Notes under the pieces: model-generated
Database searches by the model: none
What the model was told of the DNA's origin: nothing
Seen by the model: the letters and a program-made list of their open reading frames with translations, nothing else
Assembly (NCBI GenBank): GCA_051744805.1
Contig: JBNJDK010000001.1
Span: forward strand, 32,572-96,571
Length of the DNA stretch: 64,000 nucleotides
Direction: 5' to 3'
Origin: Bacillota bacterium
GTDB taxonomy: Bacteria > Bacillota > Halanaerobiia > Halanaerobiales > DATFIM01
Position numbers and translations under genes: made by a program
Part shown: positions 60,065 to 64,000 of the stretch, in pieces
How the letters are laid out: each line of letters begins with the position of its first letter
Position numbering within the stretch: the stretch's first letter is position 1

Positions 60065-61132
60065 CTATCTAGGTATATAGTTTCTTCGTACTTTAGTAAC
60101 TTTTTCAATTCTTTCTTCAGCCATAATATCTGCAGCTTTATAAGTAGGAATATTGTCTCTTTTACTAATTTCTATTACCTTTTTCATATTATCATAAATT
60201 TTACTGGCTCTACTAATAGCTCTATCACGATTATATCCCTGAAGTTCATCATAGACATTGATCAATCCACCAGCATTAGCTACATAATCAGGGCCATATA
60301 AAATATCCATTTCATCTAATTTATTACCATGTTTTTCTTCATCTTCAAGAACATTATTAGCAGCACCACAAATAATATCACATTTCAATTGAGGTATAGT
60401 ATCATCATTTATTACTGCACCTAAAGCACTTGGAGCAAAAATATCACAGTCAACACCAAAAATTTCATCAGGTTCAACAACTTCTGCACCAAAATCTTCT
60501 ACAACTTTATCAATGTTTTCCTGCTTAATATCTGTAATGATTAAATTTCCACCTTCTTCATTAATATGTTTTGCTAAATGATAACCAACATGTCCTACAC
60601 CCTGAATTGCAACAGTTTTACCTTCAAGATCCGGGCTTCCATATACTTCATCTGCTGTTGCCTTCATAGCTTTCCAGACACCAAAAGCGGTCACAGGTGA
60701 AGGATCTCCACTAGTTCCAGGAAGACCTGTTACATAATCAGTTTCTTCAGCAACATAAGCCATATCTTCAACTGTTGTATTAACATCTTCTGCAGTTATA
60801 TAGCGACCATTTAAACTTTGAACAAAACGTCCAAAAGCTCTCCATAATTCTTCACTTTTGATATTATCAGCATCTCCAATAATTACTGCTTTTCCACCAC
60901 CTAAGTTCAATCCAGCAGCCGCAGCTTTATAAGTCATTCCTCTAGATAATCTCATAACATCAATTAATGCTTCTTCTTCATTATCATAATTCCAGAGTCT
61001 TGTTCCTCCAAGTGCTGGTCCAAGACTGGTATCATGAATAGCAATTATAGCCTTTAATCCTGTTTCTTCATCATAATTTACAACTATTTGTTCATGATCA
61101 AATTCTTCCATTTTCTCAAATACCTTTTTCAT
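60065..61132 (-). CDS. ldh: Leucine dehydrogenase-type amino-acid dehydrogenase (Glu/Leu/Phe/Val DH family), copy 2
   Basis: 355 aa with [22 protein letters not shown] and GVGHVG (Rossmann). Confidence 0.88.
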   Translation of the reverse strand: MKKVFEKMEEFDHEQIVVNYDEETGLKAIIAIHDTSLGPALGGTRLWNYDNEEEALIDVMRLSRGMTYKAAAAGLNLGGGKAVIIGDADNIKSEELWRAFGRFVQSLNGRYITAEDVNTTVEDMAYVAEETDYVTGLPGTSGDPSPVTAFGVWKAMKATADEVYGSPDLEGKTVAIQGVGHVGYHLAKHINEEGGNLIITDIKQENIDKVVEDFGAEVVEPDEIFGVDCDIFAPSALGAVINDDTIPQLKCDIICGAANNVLEDEEKHGNKLDEMDILYGPDYVANAGGLINVYDELQGYNRDRAISRASKIYDNMKKVIEISKRDNIPTYKAADIMAEERIEKVTKVRRNYIPR

Positions 61133-61158
61133 TATTAAATCCCCCTTGAATTTTATAA

Positions 61159-62079
61159 TTAATTATTTTTATAACCCATAGTAACTAATTTACCAAGAGC
61201 AATAGAATTAAACTTAGTTGTCGCACTATCAGCTCTTGAAGTTAAAACCATTGGAACTTTAGCTCCTAAAACAAGACTAGCAGAAGGTAAACCTGCATAA
61301 AAGACTAAAGCTTTATATAATATATTCCCAGCTTCAATATCTGGTACTAATAAAATATCTGCCTGACCTGCCACAGGACTCTCAATTCCTTTATGTTCTG
61401 CAGCTTCTAAACTTACAGCATTATCAAAAGCAAGCGGACCATCGATCTCTACATTTCCAATTTGACCTCTATCGCCCATTTTTGATAAAGTAGCTGCGTC
61501 TAATGTACAGGGCATAGCTGAATTGACTTTTTCAACAGCAGCTAATGGAGCGACTTTTGGCTTTTTAACTCCAACTGCCTGAGCCATTTCTGCTGCATTT
61601 GTAATAATTTCTTTTTTATCATTAAGGTCAGGAGCAATATTCATCCCACCATCAGTCATAAATACAATTTTATCTTCATTTTCAAGATACATCATTGTTA
61701 CCAAACTCAAAAGTCTATCCTGTCTTAAATCATATTTTTTATCAAGTAAAGCCTGTAAAATAACTTTTGTACTCAAAAGTCCTTTCATCGGAAAATCTGC
61801 TTTTCCTTCAGCTATTAACTCTATAGACTTATTTGCTGCTTCTTTATCATTATCAGCATGTACTATTTCACCATTAAAATCATAATCTAACTTTTGTAAA
61901 TTATTTTTTATTTTTTTCTGATCCCCAACTAAAACAGCATCAATTATTCCTGCTTCATCAGCTTTTTTAACACTTTCTAAAACAACTTTATCTCCAGCAG
62001 CAGCAACTGCCAGTTTTAAAGAAGGTTTACTCTTTGCCGCTTCAATCAATTCATCAATATTTTCAAACAAATATATCAC
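61159..62079 (-). CDS. ptb: Phosphate butyryltransferase (phosphotransacylase)
   Basis: About 303 aa with the Ptb/Pta pattern ([31 protein letters not shown]). The listed start is GTG 62079; TTG 62070 after AAGAGGTGA is equally plausible. Confidence 0.9.
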   Translation of the reverse strand: MIYLFENIDELIEAAKSKPSLKLAVAAAGDKVVLESVKKADEAGIIDAVLVGDQKKIKNNLQKLDYDFNGEIVHADNDKEAANKSIELIAEGKADFPMKGLLSTKVILQALLDKKYDLRQDRLLSLVTMMYLENEDKIVFMTDGGMNIAPDLNDKKEIITNAAEMAQAVGVKKPKVAPLAAVEKVNSAMPCTLDAATLSKMGDRGQIGNVEIDGPLAFDNAVSLEAAEHKGIESPVAGQADILLVPDIEAGNILYKALVFYAGLPSASLVLGAKVPMVLTSRADSATTKFNSIALGKLVTMGYKNN

Positions 62080-62092
62080 CTCTTTTTATCAG

Positions 62093-63160
62093 TTATGAAC
62101 GTATAGATTTTAAATGAGATATTGTTTCCAGTCTTTCTTCAACCATATGATTAGCAGCTTCAAAAGTTGGTATATCTTTTTCGCGAGAAATTTTAAATAC
62201 TTTTAAAAGTGTGTCATAAATTTTTTCGCATTTAGACATCACTCTATCCTCATTATAACCACTAGGATCCATTTCATCAGTTACCTGGATTAATCCTCCT
62301 GCATTTACAACATAATCAGGAGCATATAATATTCCCTTTTCATAAAGCATTTTTCCATGACGAGGTTCTGCTAATACATTATTTGCTGCTCCACAAATTA
62401 TGTCACAGTTCAAACGGTCAATAGTATCATCATTAATGACTGCTCCTAATGCATTTGGAGAGAAAATATCACAGTCGACATCAAAAATTTCTTCCGGCTC
62501 TACAATATTAACACCCAGTTCACGTGCAGCTTCAATAGATTCTTCATCAACATCAGTTGCATAAACTTCTGCTCCTTCATCTACAAGATGTTTAACAAGC
62601 TTTCCACCTACTTTACCTAAACCTTGAACTGCAACTGTTTTTCCTTCAAGTGAATCTGTGCCATACTTTTCTTTGCAGGAAGCTTTAAGGCCCATATAAG
62701 TACCATAAGCTGTTGGAATTGAAGAATCTCCCCCACCACCATATTCTTTAGGAAGAGCACCAACATAAGGAGTCTCTTTTCTCATAGTTACAAAATCATA
62801 ATAAGTTGTTCCTACATCAGTACCGGTGTAATAACGACCATTAAACCCATCAATAAATTTACCTAAAGCTCTAAATAATCCTTCAGATTTATCCTTGTCT
62901 GGATCTCCCCAGATTACAGTTTTACCTCCACCATAATCATCACCAGCAGCAGCAGATTTATAAGTCATACCTCTAGATAATCTAAGAACATCAGTTAACA
63001 TTTCTTCTTCATTATCATAAGGATACATTCTGCATCCTCCAACTGCCGGTCCAAGTTTAGTACTATGAATAGCAATAGCAGATTTCAATTTTGTTTTTTG
63101 ATCTTGCATAAAAATTACCTGTTCATGCCCCATTTCGGCCATTTTTTCAAACAGTTTCAT
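62093..63160 (-). CDS. Leu/Phe/Val dehydrogenase-family amino-acid dehydrogenase, copy 1 (divergent paralog)
   Basis: 355 aa with LGPAVGGCRMY, GDDYGGGKTVI and GLGKVG. It is collinear with copy 2 but clearly diverged. Confidence 0.85.
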   Translation of the reverse strand: MKLFEKMAEMGHEQVIFMQDQKTKLKSAIAIHSTKLGPAVGGCRMYPYDNEEEMLTDVLRLSRGMTYKSAAAGDDYGGGKTVIWGDPDKDKSEGLFRALGKFIDGFNGRYYTGTDVGTTYYDFVTMRKETPYVGALPKEYGGGGDSSIPTAYGTYMGLKASCKEKYGTDSLEGKTVAVQGLGKVGGKLVKHLVDEGAEVYATDVDEESIEAARELGVNIVEPEEIFDVDCDIFSPNALGAVINDDTIDRLNCDIICGAANNVLAEPRHGKMLYEKGILYAPDYVVNAGGLIQVTDEMDPSGYNEDRVMSKCEKIYDTLLKVFKISREKDIPTFEAANHMVEERLETISHLKSIRS

Positions 63161-63219
63161 ATAATATATACCCCCTATGTTTTTAAAAAATTATTAATTT
63201 TTACCTGTTTTATATAACT

Positions 63220-63235
63220 TGCAATTACTATACCA
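63220..63235 (-). promoter_or_regulatory. Sigma-54 (-24/-12) promoter
   Basis: The minus strand reads TGGTAT-AGTAA-TTGCA, against the consensus TGGCAC-N5-TTGCW. GG/GC spacing is correct. It lies about 60 nt upstream of the first ldh ATG. Confidence 0.7.
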
Positions 63236-63311
63236 ATATTTGCATTTTCATTAAAAAAAATATGTTCTTTTTTTAACAATTGTTTATAACCCTATCAAAT
63301 CAATATTTTAT

Positions 63312-63334
63312 CATTCTATATAAATTATAGAATG
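63312..63334. promoter_or_regulatory. Inverted repeat CATTCTATA-N5-TATAGAATG, candidate enhancer (UAS) for the sigma-54 activator
   Basis: A perfect 9-5-9 palindrome about 80-100 bp upstream of the -24 element. Confidence 0.4.
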
Positions 63335-63367
63335 TTTTAATACTTAAAATATAAATTTAAACCCATT

Positions 63368-63394
63368 AAAAAAAGCCTGCAAACTAATGCAGGC
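63368..63394 (-). terminator. Rho-independent terminator after the sigma-54 activator gene
   Basis: GCCTGCA-6 nt-TGCAGGC, followed on the minus strand by T7. Confidence 0.8.
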
Positions 63395-63420
63395 CTGAAT
63401 GTTTTTGCAGGAAATTTATT

Positions 63421-64000
63421 TCAATTAATATTATATTTTTTTATCTTATAATAGAGACTCCTTACGGCAATGTTAAGCATCTCTGCAGCCTCTTTGCGAT
63501 TTCCATTTGTTTTATTCAGAGTTTTAATAATAATCTTTTTTTCAGTTTCACTCATTATTTCTTTAAGTGTATTGTTCTCTATGGATTTTTCAGCAGAAGA
63601 TAAATTATCATTGTTTTTTGTTTCCTTATTATCTTTACCTAAAGGAGGTAAATGTTTCTCTTTTATTATCTCTTCATCTAAATTCATATGAATCATCGCT
63701 CGACCTATAATATTTTCTAATTCTCTCACATTACCAGGCCATCTATAATTAGCCAATTTATTATAAGCTTCTTCAGTTATATCTTTTACTGACCTACCAT
63801 ATTCCTGGTTAAACTTTCTAATTATATGATGAATAAGAGGTTCTAAGTCTCCCTTTCTTTCTCTGAGTGGGGGAATAAAAAGAGGAAAGACATTAAATCT
63901 ATAATAAAGATCTTCTCGAAATTCTCCATTTTCTATAGCAGTTTCTAAATTTGTATTTGTGGCTACTATTACTCTCACATCTATTTCTATTGGTTGGGTA
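63421..64000 (-). CDS. Sigma-54-dependent transcriptional activator (enhancer-binding protein), C-terminal part; the 5' end is outside the window
   Basis: The frame is open to the window edge (..TQPIEIDVRVIVATN..). It shows the AAA+ sigma-54 interaction domain end (FREDLYYRFNVFPLFIPPLRERKGDL, WPGNVRELEN) and a Fis-type HTH (NRKEAAEMLNIAVRSLYYKIKKY). Confidence 0.9.
   Translation of the reverse strand, partial: TQPIEIDVRVIVATNTNLETAIENGEFREDLYYRFNVFPLFIPPLRERKGDLEPLIHHIIRKFNQEYGRSVKDITEEAYNKLANYRWPGNVRELENIIGRAMIHMNLDEEIIKEKHLPPLGKDNKETKNNDNLSSAEKSIENNTLKEIMSETEKKIIIKTLNKTNGNRKEAAEMLNIAVRSLYYKIKKYNIN

Noticed and set aside
9021-63691. About 25 short ORFs in the track lie antisense to or inside strong genes. 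Examples: 9021..9290+, 9687..9908+, 10167..10445+, 12408..12599+, 15121..15324-, 16621..16836-, 19995..20252+, 21969..22151+, 27936..28145+, 34105..34320+, 34964..35146+, 37960..38184+, 39423..39632+, 40997..41200+, 42373..42597+, 50140..50409+, 50755..50958+, 51353..51607+, 55109..55321+, 55694..55906+, 57981..58217+, 58372..58554+, 58677..58880+, 58877..59071+, 63470..63691+.
   Set aside because: Each is fully overlapped on the other strand by a gene with clear family motifs. Their products are low-complexity (F/I/L/S/K-rich), as expected for the antisense of AT-rich coding DNA, and they have no RBS or recognisable domains.
1-64000. Mobile elements, prophage, defence islands, toxin-antitoxin pairs, CRISPR arrays, tRNA/rRNA genes.
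   Set aside because: I looked through all intergenic gaps over 100 nt and all unassigned ORFs. There are no transposase, integrase or recombinase motifs, no direct-repeat arrays, no cloverleaf-like GC-rich segments, and no compositional break that I could see by eye.

Overview
This is a strongly AT-rich, very gene-dense chromosomal segment with about 60 CDS. All are on the minus strand except glgB-glgC-glgD-glgP. It looks like core genome of a low-GC anaerobic Firmicute. Several signal-peptide proteins have beta-barrel-like C-termini ending in Phe, which suggests a diderm lineage such as Halanaerobiales (inference only).

Content from left to right:
- an msrA interrupted by an in-frame TGA exactly at the catalytic Cys codon, so a predicted selenoprotein; it is absent from the ORF track
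- a PgpA/YutG-like gene, a small Cys-rich ORF and an SBP-like gene behind a Fur-type box
- a TetR-controlled RND/MMPL exporter with LolA-like and DUF1302-like envelope partners
- a complete glycogen cluster: glgA-pullulanase-wHTH-Zn-ribbon diverging from glgBCD-glgP
- a patatin/beta-barrel protein, an Asp/Glu racemase and a GH65 phosphorylase with a cre/LacI-type operator
- a housekeeping block: ttcA-like, comM/yifB-like, yraN, queT, rnhB, rbgA, rplS, a SPOUT-like gene, trmD, rimM, khpA, rpsP, ffh, ylxM, ftsY, an uncharacterised duplicated-domain protein, smc, spoVS, rluB, scpBA, an M50 protease, a DHH-CBS-CCA fusion and whiA
- nucleoside salvage (NAPRT-like, pdp, punA, deoB)
- a DUF2089/SHOCT/LiaX-like module, an EndoQ-like nuclease, nudF and an M20 peptidase
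- a predicted sigma-54-dependent amino-acid fermentation operon (ldh-ptb-ldh-buk plus vorDABC-type 2-oxoacid:ferredoxin oxidoreductase), next to a partial sigma-54 enhancer-binding protein

I found no rRNA, tRNA, CRISPR array, transposase, integrase or recognisable defence island.

The most notable items are the Sec-type msrA, the sigma-54 fermentation operon, and the uncharacterised tandem-domain gene between smc and ftsY. All regulatory sites were found by eye. No folding or database search was run.
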